From NCBI RefSeq assembly GCF_964188315.1, contig NC_135664.1, positions 2,170,001 through 2,234,000 of the forward strand: DNA of 64,000 nucleotides. Direction: 5' to 3'. Shown piece after piece: positions 50,181-62,345 of the stretch (position 1 is its first letter; every line of letters starts with the position of its first letter). This DNA is from Podarcis muralis. Lineage: Eukaryota. Position numbers and translations under genes: made by a program. The notes below the pieces were generated by a model, which was given only the letters and a program-made list of their open reading frames with translations, did no database searches and was not told where the DNA came from.

Positions 50181-51344
50181 AACCAATAGCAAGTGATTCA
50201 GATGACGTTAGGGATTGAGTTTAATCAGTCAGGTACCAATCAGAACAATGTGAATGTTCAGAAATAATGTCCACACACAAAAATATTTCCACAGAGCTTT
50301 GCACCATTGCCTGCTCTCCTCCCCATCTGCCTGGCAGCTCACAAATAGGGCTCATCTTTTGAAAGTTCCCATTTCCGTGGCGCAGGGCCAGGTTTCACTG
50401 GCTTTCTCTCCATTGGTGCAATAGAAGATTCTGAGCTGAAGGGGAAGAGAAACAGGAGATGGTTACATTTCCAAATCCTCAAAGAATACAAGAATGTAGG
50501 GGGGGACCCCTGAAAAATAACTGAAAAATAAAACTATTTTTAAATTGATTTCATATTAGTTTTGAATACAGAATGTTAAATTTAATCAATAAGGCTGCCA
50601 GCTTTGGTGGAAAGAATAATAATAATAATAATAACAATAACAACAATAAATTTTATTTATACCCCACCCTCCCTGATCAGAGCTGGGCTCAGGGCGGCTA
50701 ACACCAGTAAAAATACAATAAAAACATAATAGGGGGAAAAAACCGCATTTAAAATACAGGTTAAAATGCAATTTAAGCAGAGCAAACATTAGCACTGCTG
50801 GATCAAAGCAATACTGAGGCATTTGAGCCAAGTCCACTCAGAGGGCAGATACTGTATGGAGGATCTGAATTAAAATATTAAAGGTTAGAGCTCTTTCCAT
50901 TTGGAGTTTTCCAGTTTGGGAGAGAGCAGGAAAACAAAGGGATGAGGATGACTAGAGATTCACAAAGTTATACATGAAGTGGAAAAAGACACATTTCTCT
51001 CTCTGTCATACTTACAGATTCAGGGTATTAGTATTAATTTAAAAGGCTCGGAATAATTTGGGTCCAAGCTCCCTCAAGGAGCAAATCCCTTATACCCCCT
51101 GCCTGGTCACAGGCTGTCAGAGGAGTCACTCTGAATGGTTCCCCATGGCTCAGATCCACTAGGAGCTGTATGTTTAGTATTGTGGGTACAGTTGTATGGA
51201 ACTTCCTTCCAGTTGACAGGGCCTCCTAAATATCTGGTGCTTGCTACACACCTTTTCTTTATTACCGCAGGCATTTTAGTTGATATTTTATTGTATAGTT
51301 TTAACTGCTTGTGTTTTTTTTTTGTTTGTTTTTGTATTAGAACC

Positions 51345-51480
51345 ATACAGTACAATCACAGATTTGTACGGTTGGAAGGAGCCCCAAAGGTCATCCAATC
51401 TAACCCCTGCAATGCAGGAATCGCACGTAAACAATTCCAAACCTCTGCTTAAAAAACTCCAAGGAAGGAGAGTCCCAAAA
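51345..51480 (-). mobile_element. CR1 3' end
   Basis: GTTGGAAGGAGCCCC...CCCCTGCAATGCAGGAAT...CTCCAAGGAAGGAGAGTCC. Confidence 0.8.
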
Positions 51481-51522
51481 TTAGTAACGCCCATTAATTT
51501 AAATGTTTCTACTCTGTTACTA

Positions 51523-51873
51523 GGGATGCGGGTGGCGCTGTGGGTTAAACCACAGAGCCTAGGATTTGCCGATCAGAAGGTCGGCGGTTCAAATGCTCAC
51601 AACGGGGTGAGCTCCCGTTGCTCGGTCCCTGCTCCTGCCAACCTAGCAGTTCGAAAGCACGTCAAAGTGCAAGTAGATAAATAGGTACCGCTCTGGCGGG
51701 AAGGTAAACGGCATTTCCGTGCGCTGTTCTGGTTCGCCAGAAGCGGCTTAGTCATGCTGGCCACCTGACCCGGAAGCTGTACGCCGGCTCCCTCGGCCAA
51801 TAAAGCGAGATGAGAGCCGCAACCCCAGAGTTGGCCACAACTGGACCTAATGGGCAGGGGTCCCTTTACCTTT
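51523..51873 (+). mobile_element. Sauria-type SINE
   Basis: GGGATGCGGGTGGCGCTGTGGG start, CCTTTACCTTT end. Confidence 0.92.
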
Positions 51874-52946
51874 GTTACTGAATGTGGGAAATTTAAAACG
51901 TGGTCAAAAACCAACAATTCATGTCTTGCCAGACAGGCACATGATAGGATCTGAAGTCTGCAGAGTTTTCCACCAAAATACTTCATTAAATTGGATACAT
52001 CCCAGGCTGACCAAAGAGTTTTAATCCATTGACAGCTCAAAATAAAACTAAAGGAGCCATTGGGATGAAGCTGTGCCAGCTGTCTGTCTACAGTTTTACC
52101 TTGTCTGCCCCAGTCCAGTAGGTGAGTGTTTTCTGCAGGCTCTTAAATCAAATAACAGCCAGACCTGGCTCAATTTAGTTTCCAAGATTGCTAGGCTGAA
52201 GTGGGTGTAGACCAAAAGGAACACAAAACCTACCTGGCATGCTGCTGCCCTGGAGCCAACCTTTTCTGAGCTGATACAAGGACAATGGGAGGGAAAGTCT
52301 CCCGGCGTCCGTCACGGGTGCAGTAGTAATTGTTTGCAAATTTATGGCTGGGGCCGACAGGGAGGCGTGGAGGTGGCTGAGTCCTAAAGAACAAGACGTT
52401 TAAGAAGGTCAAACAATGGAAGGGGGAAATCTAAGAGGTTTGGTTCAGTTATCTGACCAGTCATTAGCGAACAACAGGATTGATCTCCCATAAATTGAAA
52501 GTATCTAAAGGGCTGAGCTCAAATGACATTTCCCCCATAATATGGCATGATTTTATTTCTTACACAGATATTGAGGCACATGACCACTCAAGCACCATCG
52601 GCATATGCAAATGTCTGGCTTGTTTTAAGACAATAGAGCCTTTATTCACAATAATAATGGAACTCACAGGTGGAGGGTGTGAATCCTCCCACCCAGCCTG
52701 GAAGCTCATTGGGTTGTTCACTCACTCTCTGCCTGGCCTACTTCACAGGGTTGCTGTGAGGATAGAATGAGGAGGAAAACTACCTTCATGACCTTGAGCT
52801 CTTGCAGGAAAGGTGGGATATAATGTACTAAATAAATATTTTTTATCAATAAATTTACTCAGTACTCTAAATTTCTTCTCCATTATTTGATTTATATCCC
52901 ACCCTTCCACATGAAGGAGCCCCAGACAGCAGTAATAAAACATGTT

Positions 52947-53301
52947 AAAGGTAAAGGTAAAGGGACCCCGGACTATTAGGTCCAGTCGTGGCCGACTCTG
53001 GGTTGCAGCGCTCATCTTGCTTTATTGGCCAAGGGAGCCGGCGTACAGCTTTCGGGTCATGTGGCCAGAATGACTAAGCCGCTTCTGGCGAACCAGAGCA
53101 GCGCACGGAAATGCCATTTACCTTCCCGCCAGAGCGGTACCTATTTATCTACTTGCACGTTTTGTGCTTTTGAACTGTTAGGTTGGCAGGAGCTGGGACC
53201 GAGCAACGGGAGCTCAACCCATCACAGGGATTCGAACCGCCGACCTTCTGATCGGCAAGTCCTAGGCTCTGTGGTTTAACCCACAGTGCCACCCGTGTCC
53301 C
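52947..53301 (-). mobile_element. Sauria-type SINE with TSD
   Basis: TAATAAAACATGTTA flanks both ends. Confidence 0.92.
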
Positions 53302-53407
53302 TCTAATAAAACATGTTAGGTTTTTTTTTTTAAAAAAAACATTATCTCAGGGTTATTGGGAACAGTGGCTTTCAAATGTCTGGGCAAACAGAAACGTTTT
53401 AGCATTT

Positions 53408-53551
53408 CATAGAATTGTAGAGTTGGAAGGGACCACAAAGGTCATTTTGTAGTCCAACCCTCTGCAACGGAGGAATCTTTTTGCCCGCCGTTGGGCTCGA
53501 ACCCATGACTTTGAGATGGAAAGTCTCGTGCTCTGCTGACTGAGCTGTCCC
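53408..53551 (-). mobile_element. Short SINE: tRNA-Lys-derived head plus CR1 3' tail (Squam3-like)
   Basis: Minus strand GGGACAGCTCAGTCAGCAGAGC...GGTTCGAGCCC, then GATTCCTCCGTTGCAGAGGGTTGGACTA...ATTCTATGA. Confidence 0.75.
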
Positions 53552-54079
53552 AGCTCTGACTTTCTCCTGAAAGTCCATGATGTGTGCAGTTCAAAACTTG
53601 TTTCATTGGGGGGGAGAGGCCTGCGGCTGAGATCTGAACCCAGGGCTTTGGTTCCCTTCCAGGGGGAAGGCAGCGAAGGAACCCCTCCCACACTTGACAC
53701 CCCCCCTTACCTCTTGGCAATCTCTGTGTAACGAAGCTGAAGTTTCGCTTGGAGATCTCGCTGTTAAAAAAAGAGAGAGAAAGACAAAAGAGGGGCAAGG
53801 CTCAAGTCAAGTGTGCCACCTAGAGGGCAGGAAGCCTGTGTTTTCTTAAAAGCTAAACTGCAACAAGAACTGGCGAGAAGAATACCTGTCGCTTAGCATC
53901 AATCTGAAACCAGGTTAATACAGTGGTACCTCAATTTTCGAACGTAATCCGTTCCGGAGGACCGTCTGACTGCCGAAAAGTGTTCAAAAATGGGAGCAAT
54001 TACTTCTGGGTATCTGACTTTCGAAAACCGAAACATTTGGTTTCTGAGATGCTCACTGCAATGAGCAGAAATTATATTA

Positions 54080-54341
54080 AAAAGGTAAAGGTACCCCTGC
54101 CCGTACAGGCCAGTCTTGCCAGACTCTAGGGCAGCGCAGCACACGGAACGCCGTTTACCTTCCCACTGGTAAGCGGTCCCTATTTATCTACTTGCACTTA
54201 GGGGTGCTTTCGAACTGCTAGGTTGGCAGGCGCTGCGACCGAACGACGGGAGCGCACCCCGCCGCGGGGATTCGAACCGCCGACCATGCGATCGGCAAGT
54301 CCTAGGCGCTGAGGTTTTACCCACAGCGCCACCCGCGTCCC
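54080..54341 (-). mobile_element. Sauria-type SINE, second subfamily, internally deleted
   Basis: TSD CAGAAATTATATTA. Diagnostic segment GTACCCCTGCCCGTAC. Confidence 0.88.
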
Positions 54342-54354
54342 CCAGAAATTATAT

Positions 54355-54770
54355 TACTTGCCCCCCAAATGGAAAGAAGCATAAGTCCCAGCAAAGGAAG
54401 AATGGATATAAAAATTTACGAAATATGCAGAACTTGCGAAACTTACCGCAAGTATAAGATATCAAGATAACAAGTTTTTTAAATAAAAGAATGGAAATGG
54501 TTTATTGAATATTTACAGATGAATTATAAATACAGTATATAAAAACGCTGTCAGGATTATTGTAATAACCTGAAGAAAAGAAAGAAGAAGAGTATATATT
54601 TAAAGAAGATGAATAAATGAGCAAATTAAGTTAATTTGGATATGCAGGAGATATTAAAAACAAATTTAAGGAACGTCAGAAAGAGGGGGAAGGAAGTCAA
54701 GTTTTGAAATGTCAAAATGATTGTAAAATTAGTGAAATATATAAAATTAGTGAAATGTATAAACTTGAAA
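54355..54770 (+). mobile_element. L1 3' end fragment
   Basis: APKWKE..VPAKEEWI.KFTKYAELAKLT matches the L1 ORF2 C-terminus. An A-rich 3'UTR follows. Confidence 0.75.
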
Positions 54771-55082
54771 AGAATGAATGAATGAATGAATGAATGAATA
54801 AATAAATAAATGTATTTCAATGGGCCTGCTTTAGGTTTCATTGCAAGCAAGGCGATGAATGAAAAGTCACAGCCACAACATGCATCTAAATTCTAAAGCA
54901 TATTTAGAGTATGTGGCTTTGAATTGCAGTTAAAACAACTAAACTTAGTCCCATTTAAAGCACATGATTCTCCCCCCCCCCCCACTCCTGGGAACTGTAG
55001 TTTTAAGGGTGTTGGGAATTCTAGTTTTGTGGGGGATCCTATTGTTTTGCAGAAGAAGCCATATGCTTTAAATGGAACTAGT

Positions 55083-55438
55083 AAAGGTAAAGGTACCCCT
55101 GCCCGTACGGGCCAGTCTTGCCAGACTCTAGGGTTGTGCGCCCATCTCACTTAAGAGGCCGGGGGCCAGCGCTGTCCGGAGACACTTCTGGGTCATGTGG
55201 CCAGCGTGACAAACTGCATCTGGCGAGCCAGCGCAGCACACAGAACGCCGTTTACCTTCCCGCTAGTAAGCGGTCCCTATTTATCTACTTGCACCTGGAG
55301 GTGCTTTCGAACTGCTAGGTTGGCAGGTGCTGGGACCGAGCAACGGGAGCACACCCCGCCGCGGGGATTCGAACCACCGACCTGACGATCGGCAAGTCCT
55401 AGGCGCTGAGGTTTTACCCACAGCGCCACCCGCGTCCC
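55083..55438 (-). mobile_element. Sauria-type SINE, second subfamily
   Basis: Full-length, homologous to 58489-58850. Confidence 0.92.
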
Positions 55439-55683
55439 TTAAAATGGAATGGAACTTAAATCAAACTTAAATGGAACTAAGTTTGATTAATTGATTACAT
55501 TGCCATTTAACTGCCTTCTAAAAAAAATGTAGGGGGGTCTCTTCATTTTAATCCAGGAGCAGGACTACAACGCCCATGAAAGAGGACGGGGCTCGGCTAT
55601 CGGATAGGAATACGTGCAGTGGGGGAAACCTAAATCCACCTGGCAGAATTTCCTGCCACTGTTGCCACGGGGATCCTTGAAAG

Positions 55684-55912
55684 CAGCAGTTGTCAACTTG
55701 TGGGTCCCCAGATGTTGTTGGACTACAACTCCCATCATCCCTGAGCTCTGGCCTTGCTAGCTAAGGGTGATGGGAGTTGTAGTTCAAGAACATCTGGGGA
55801 CCCACAGGTTGAGAAAGGCTGCTTTAGAGCAGGCATAGGCAAACCTGGCCCTCCAGCTGTTTTGGGACTACAACTCCCATGATCCCTAGCTAACAGGACC
55901 AGTGGTCAGGGA
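55684..55912. mobile_element. Palindromic hAT-like MITE plus an adjacent partial copy
   Basis: GTGGGTCCCCAGATGTT..GACTACAACTCCCATCA / TGATGGGAGTTGTAGT..ACATCTGGGGACCCAC. Confidence 0.65.
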
Positions 55913-58488
55913 AAACATACAAATGACCTCAGATATGAGGATATGAGGATATGAATCACGATATGAATAGTAACTTACAACTCTCAAGTGTGATTTAGAA
56001 GGGTGCAAGCCTGTTCTCCAGAAACCCCAAATTGGATAGGGCTGTTTCAAGGCCCCTCACCATAAGGAGCAACCTGACCACTGACACAGAGGGTGGGGTC
56101 ATTTGAGCTGGAAGGGACAGTGGCACAGACTGGACATGCTCTGGACATTGACTCTGACGCCAAATCCAGATGCTATAACCTCCCAAGACTGCAACCCCGC
56201 CAAAGTCTCACAATGATCAGGGTTCATACATGAGTGCAGATCACATACCCAGTGAGAACTAGCCGATGTCTAATGGAATCCTGTTTTAAGTTCTACTCGT
56301 CAGAAAAGGGGTGGAGTTTATGACATAGGTAAGAACTCAGATGAAACTACCGTAGTTGTTGGAACAGGTTGTCTGCTCTGTGAGATCTGTCCAGGGTTCT
56401 GAAAGACCTGTCTCCTGATTGCCCTTGTTTCCTGATTTCTTGACCCACAACTGAACGTTGCTGGTCAGTAGCCTCCCCAGATAACTTGTGAAATTGTGTT
56501 CTTCCAACAACTCTGTGGGCTCAGCTTCTTCAGGATTTGGCACAAGTGTCATACAGCACAGTCAGCACAAAATAAGGGCTTTGATGCTGTCAGCGCAAAG
56601 GTTCTGGGCTACACAATTGTGCTGGCTGTAAAACCCAAAGCCTTACTCAGCACAGAAGTGGGTGAGGAAAGGGGAAGAGGAGTCGTGAAGTGAGCTGCAG
56701 TCCTAACCACTCTCATATGGCCAGCCCTCTCCCCCTTGCATTGATGTAGCATTCAGCACAGAGAACACAAGTGCAAATCATGCTGGAGTTACCAAAGGAA
56801 ACCCTGCCCACCATATTATGTGTCTTGAGACAATGAAGGTTGGAGGATATAAAATCAGACAGGTCTTAATTTTTGCCTTTGGCAAAGTGTCCATGTCTAA
56901 GACCTTTTGCCACCTAGCAAGCAATATTATTTATTTCACAGTACTTTAGGAACAGGGAGCACTGTCAACTTTTTGCCTGCCATGTTATGAGTTTGGCTGT
57001 CTTGATGATTGTGAATGGGCCTATCACAATGGTTTTGCCTGGCTAATTTGATGGGAGATATTTAAAAAGGTCAGTGAGCCTAGCAAAATAAACTTAATGG
57101 TCTGAGATCTCTTTCCACTTCTTGGGATATCATACCCATCAGAGTTTGCAGGAGTGACGGAGAATCAGCTGGAGGGACTTTGCACTCTCAGTTTGGTCAG
57201 AATTTTAGCTCAAAGTTGCCTAAAATTGGAGTGCCCTCAGAGGTCAGTTCTTTAGGAATGTGATTCAGGATTGCTAGTTGTGCTACTTGCTGTAGAGCCT
57301 GCTTCTTGACAAGTATGCAAGCAGAGGAAGACATCATGAGTCTCCAGGGCTGGCTTTAATCCAAAAGAAACAAAGTTCCCCAGAACTTCTTGCCATTCAA
57401 AAAAGTTGGGAATGCACGGTAACTGTACTAATGAAACAACTGTTGTGTTAATAGAAGCAAAGTGATAAATACTTACCTTGTGGTGTTGTTCATCATCCAC
57501 AGGAAGCTAAATCTAATTAATTTCCCTTTGATAACCTCTGCAGTGAAATATGTGTTCCTTTGCCAAGGAGCCACAGGGCAGCAACCCCAACCCCAGGGAG
57601 ATAAGTAGAGCATTCTATACGTGCAACTTTCTAACATCCTGTTTTTCTTGGCAGAAGCATAACAAACTTGATTTTTTAACATTCCCAAATATGTGTAAAC
57701 TAGCAATTCTGAACTTGTGAATTCATAGACTTAAGGTCTTTATTGAAACAGAATGTAGTTCCATCTGAATGTTCCCTGTTCTGTGGTAGTGCAATTGACA
57801 CCAGGATAGGTGTGCCATCTATGTGACGAGCCAGTTATCTCCTTGTGCATTTTGGCAGGGAATTGTTAAACACTGCAAAGAAGTGTTGATTAAAGGCAGT
57901 TTTGGCAGAACTTGCACTCTGTATGACTGAACTAGAAATGTGCTCAGGTTTCACAACCAGATCCTCGTTTGATTCTCTTTTATGTCTCTTTACACTTGTC
58001 TGGCTCCCTGCTGAAACTACAATTACCAGTCCTCCCAACATGCTTATGGCATTACTGCACCTTTCAGTGAACAAAAAAAGTATGTTCACTTGTCTCACTT
58101 CAGGATTATGTTTACAGCCAACACCTTGCTTCTTCAGCTCTACCAAATAACCCTTCAAAGCACCATGTAGAAAAGGACTGCCCAGCTTGTGACCCACTAG
58201 ACTGAACAGACTCCACCAGTCATGTATGGAAGCTCACCATCGCCTGCTACAGGTGCCCATCTGGAATGGATGTGACATCAAGCACTGGACAAGCCACAGC
58301 ACAGGAGTGGTGGACTGTGCTCAGGTTGGTGGGTTGCAAGTAGGGATGTCAGAGAATTCTGGCAAAAACAGAAACAGGAGTGGAAATTGTCAATGCTCAC
58401 TTCTTTGGCCCATGTCTAGAAAATCCAGCCACCAAATCTTGCATTATAGTTTAATGTATGCCAACTCAGTCACATGATCTGTCTTATT

Positions 58489-58850
58489 GGGACGCGGGTG
58501 GCACTGTGGGTAAAAGCCTCAGCGCCTAGGGCTTGCCGATCTAAAGGTCGGCGGTTCGAATCCCCGCGGCAGGGTGCGCTCCCGTCGCTCGGTCCCAGCG
58601 CCTGCCAACCTAGCAGTTCGAAAGCACCCTCGGGTGCAAGTAGATAAATAGGGACCGCTTACCAGTGGAAAGGTAAACGGCGTTCTGTGTGCTGCGCTGG
58701 CTCGCCAGATGCAGCTTGTCACGCTGGCCACGTGACCCGGAAGTGTCTCCGGACAGCGCTGGCCCCTGGCCTCTTGAGTGAGATGGGCGCACAACCCCAG
58801 AGTCTGTCAAGGCTGGCCCGTACGGGCAGGGGTACCTTTACCTTTACCTT
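58489..58850 (+). mobile_element. Sauria-type SINE with 31-32-bp TSD
   Basis: ATGCCAACTCAGTCACATGATCTGTCTTATT at 58458-58488 and 58851-58881. Confidence 0.93.
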
Positions 58851-59086
58851 ATGCCAACTCAGTCACATGATCTGTCTTATTACAGAGAATGAGAATCCAC
58901 AGTGGGTGAAAATGGATAATTTTGACCTAAGCAACAGTCCTTTAAGTGCCCTTTCCTTTTCCTTTTGTAAATATAAATTCTACCCTCTGTGCTGCTTGGG
59001 AAATTGTTTTTCATTACTTTCAATATTTTGTTGGAAGCTGCCCAGAGTGGCTGGGGAAGCCCCGTCAGATGAGTGGGGTATAAATT

Positions 59087-59119
<33 letters not shown>

Positions 59120-59643
59120 CAAAATCTGGATTAAATGGGTGGCAATCCTGGCACCTGGGATGTTCTTGTTTTCAAAACAAGAATATGTCATGCAAAGTTG
59201 AGCATAATCTGTTTTGCCTACTTGATTTTTATAAAAATAGTGTCCTCTGGCTATTGAGGCCACAAACTCCTTGGTGCCAGGGTCCGCAATGCCCCTTGAC
59301 CAACAAAGTGTCAGTCTCTGAAGGCAGATTTTGTTGCCAAGTCTGTCCCTCAGAAGATGCCATTGTATATGTATGACAGCAGCCCAAGAGACTTGGATCT
59401 TTTAGGTCTGTGGTAATGAGAACATGAATAATGAGAAATAAATGTCTGGTTCCCCCACCCCTTCTTTCTACACTGAGGTAACTGAAAATCTTAAGAAAAA
59501 CTTCAGAGACTTGGGAAAGATTGTAAGCCAGTGAATTTGGAAAACAGTGAAAAAAAGGTTCACTTTTTCTTTTTACTCTACAAGACCACCCTACTGTCGA
59601 AAGGAGGTATGTTGTATAACAAGAGGAGAGTTTATTATATACC

Positions 59644-61499
59644 GGGACTTCCGGGTTGACGCGATCGGCTAATGGCGGATTCCCTCCGAGCTCCGGAGGG
59701 AATCGGCTCTGCTGAAGACGGGTCTTACCGTGCCGGCGACACGGGGGCCCATAGAAACCACAGGTGCGGATGCCTGTGGACTTGGTGACTCAGCGGGCAC
59801 CTTAAGCGCCCTCTCTGACCCACGAAGAGCCTTTTTAAAGGCTACGGAGAGGGTACGGAGAGTGGCGCGGTGCTGGGAGTAGACCGCTACTTCAGTGGAG
59901 CGAAGCCGCGAGCCATGGCCGGAGAGCGTTAACTTTTTCCCCGAAATTTGGACTGGAAACAAATACCCGTGAGTACAAGGAATTCGGACTTTAAAAATTT
60001 CTACCTTTAATTTGGTACGACCGGGGGGATGTGCTAAAGGGAAGTCCGCACCCCCCTATCTACAAACGATCTAAAGCAAGGATCGGAGAACTAAGGTTGA
60101 GAGAACAGTGTGTTTTTGGTGTATGATAAAAGATATTCCACGAATTTGACAAAAGAAGTTTTCTGTGCTGGAGAGAAGAGAGGAGCGTTAGAAAAATTTG
60201 TGTAACCCCCCCCCTCCCGAACCCGGGAGCGTCCTGTGTGTGAGTCCTACAAAAAAGAATAAGGAGTTTGACAGCTGTCAAAGGAGCTGTCAAACGGGTG
60301 GATAAAATTAAGAATTGGATTACTTAATATCTCTCTGGACTGAAGGTGTTACATTTTACTAGAAGTGGTTGGAAACAAAGTAATAATAAAAAACAAAGTA
60401 ACGGACTGTTGGAAAGGAAAGGAACCACTGAGTAACTGGAATCCCCCTAGGGGGAACTAGTGACATTACAATGGCTGCAGAGGGAAAATTACTGGCAGAA
60501 ATTGAAAGAGCTTTTTTTCTCGTGGGAATTTTGCAAGAGCAGAGTATGGCTATGAACAAAGAACTCACGACCTTGATTTCTAAAACAAACAACCCTGCTG
60601 ATGGAACAAAGGACTTGACTGGGAAAAAATCTGCAGCTGAATCAGAAGCGACATCTGTGGAATTGGTGGAAAAGGAAGAAGGAGGGGAGAAAGTATTGGC
60701 AGAAAATACCAAGCAGAAGCCTATGTTGTCAGAAAATGAAGCAGAAGATTTTTGGATTACAAATTTGGGAAAGATGAGAAGGATGAGAAAAGTAAAGGAG
60801 GAAGTCTCTGGATTTTTTGGAAAAAGAGCAAAGAAATATGACTGGGACTTCCTTTTCTTTTCTGAGTTTGAGTACGGGAGATCTATGGTAGATCTTTGGC
60901 AGCAAGTTCTTTCAACCATCTTGGGCGCAAGAGAAGGAGATGTGGCTGTGACAGATTACCCTCGAGACCTGAGGTCCAACAAAAAGGACTACCAACAAAC
61001 CGACAGAGAGAGACTGACAGAGATTTAAAGGCCTCGGATGTGAGGAATCCGGGCTAGGAACTGTATGGGTGGATAATTATTTGGGAAGGGACGGAAACCG
61101 GGGTAGGGAGGGAGGGGGAGAGCAGAAGTTGGAAAATTTATGACTTTTGTGTTTGGTTATTTTGATTCATATTTTAATATAAAAAGGGGGAAATTTGTGG
61201 ATGAGAAATTAGGTTGACCTTAGAAAAAAGGATTTGATGTTAATAAGAGAATGGGATAAGTAAAATTTGACTTAGTAAAAAGAATCAAGTTTAAAAACAA
61301 CAGATTAGGTTAAAGGAAGGGACAAAAACTTGCTGAACTAACTTTGGAAATTGGGATGTATGAGGGGGGGTGGGGGGAAGTCAGGGAAAGAGGGATAAGA
61401 AAGTAAGGGTATGAAATTATACGTGTTTTGTCTTTGTCTTTTATGTGTGTGTTGTCTGTATAAAATTTGAAAACCCAATAATTATTTTATTTTTTTAAA
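59644..61499 (+). mobile_element. 1.86-kb full-length non-autonomous L1-like retroposon with 18-bp TSD
   Basis: GAGAGTTTATTATATACC at 59626-59643 and 61500-61517. CpG-rich 5' end GGGACTTCCGG...TAATGGCGG. The 3'UTR is shared with the L1-type tails in this window. Confidence 0.87.
60471..61028 (+). CDS. Intact 185-aa ORF inside the 1.86-kb retroposon (coiled-coil-like N-terminus, K/E-rich)
   Basis: True ATG in a strong Kozak context (ACAATGG). No RT, endonuclease or RRM motifs recognised. Confidence 0.55.
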   Translation: MAAEGKLLAEIERAFFLVGILQEQSMAMNKELTTLISKTNNPADGTKDLTGKKSAAESEATSVELVEKEEGGEKVLAENTKQKPMLSENEAEDFWITNLGKMRRMRKVKEEVSGFFGKRAKKYDWDFLFFSEFEYGRSMVDLWQQVLSTILGAREGDVAVTDYPRDLRSNKKDYQQTDRERLTEI

Positions 61500-61784
61500 G
61501 AGAGTTTATTATATACCACTCTAACAGACAAGGAAGAGCTATGGAGCAGAGGCAGAGGACACCTTTGCAGAAAGAGGCCCTGGTTCCAGCCTTCACAAGA
61601 CTAGTGTTCTTCAGCCATTCAAAGATCTGATGGTCAAAGCAGACAGGATGTTAAGCACATATTTGCATTTTACATGTAGAGGTTTCTTAAATAGAGTGGA
61701 GTGGAGTGATGATTACTGGAATTGCAATGTACTTTTCTCTGTCTTTTAACTGCATGTTACATGCAAATACATATTTAATGGCAC

Positions 61785-62345
61785 ATCAAATCAAAATGTT
61801 TATTCGGCTTTACGTACAAGCCACAAGTAGTATAACACAGTTCTCAACTCACAAGGACAGATATTAGCCATTCATAAGAAAAGTTTAAGATTAAGATTAA
61901 AAAAATTTTAGGCACTACACTAAAATCAATATCTGATGTCATTATAGAAAATTCTTATAACTATCAATAATCAGTTAACATTCCATTCCGTCTCTTGTAC
62001 GAGAGGACGGCTGTTAGGAATTTAGCAACCTGTAGGGTAATATAAGGATCCTCATCTTGAAGAACCCAGGCCAGCTGTAGGTCTACTGATTTGTCAGCCA
62101 TAGGCTGGATTATGGAGTTTAGTATACTAGCACGGGCTGAACTGTACAAAGGGCAGATAAACATAACATGATGTAGAGATTCAGATGTTTTCATTTCACA
62201 CGCACACATTGAAGGGACTTGGCCCTTAGTGAATCTATGTCTCAGCACGTTTGTTGGAAAGACATTAAACCTAGCTCTAATGAAGGCATATCGGTGAGAC
62301 GCAGCCATAAGCGATGTTAAGTAGGACGGAGATGGCACATCTCAT
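61785..62345 (-). mobile_element. Non-LTR retrotransposon 3' end (RTE-X/Rex-like C-terminal zinc motif)
   Basis: RARFNVFP...CACEMKTSESLHHVMFICPLYSSAR...VAKFL, followed by AATAAAA near 61800. Confidence 0.65.

Noticed and set aside
53478-53551. tRNA-Lys gene
   Set aside because: The anticodon arm is degenerate and it is fused to a CR1 tail, so it is a SINE head.
56337-58197. Protein-like ORFs and possible exons on either strand at 56.3-58.2 kb
   Set aside because: I could not build a consistent exon chain (one implied intron was only 54 nt) and recognised no protein.
60359-60919. 186-aa minus-strand ORF in the 1.86-kb retroposon
   Set aside because: S/F-rich antisense shadow of the K/E-rich plus-strand ORF.
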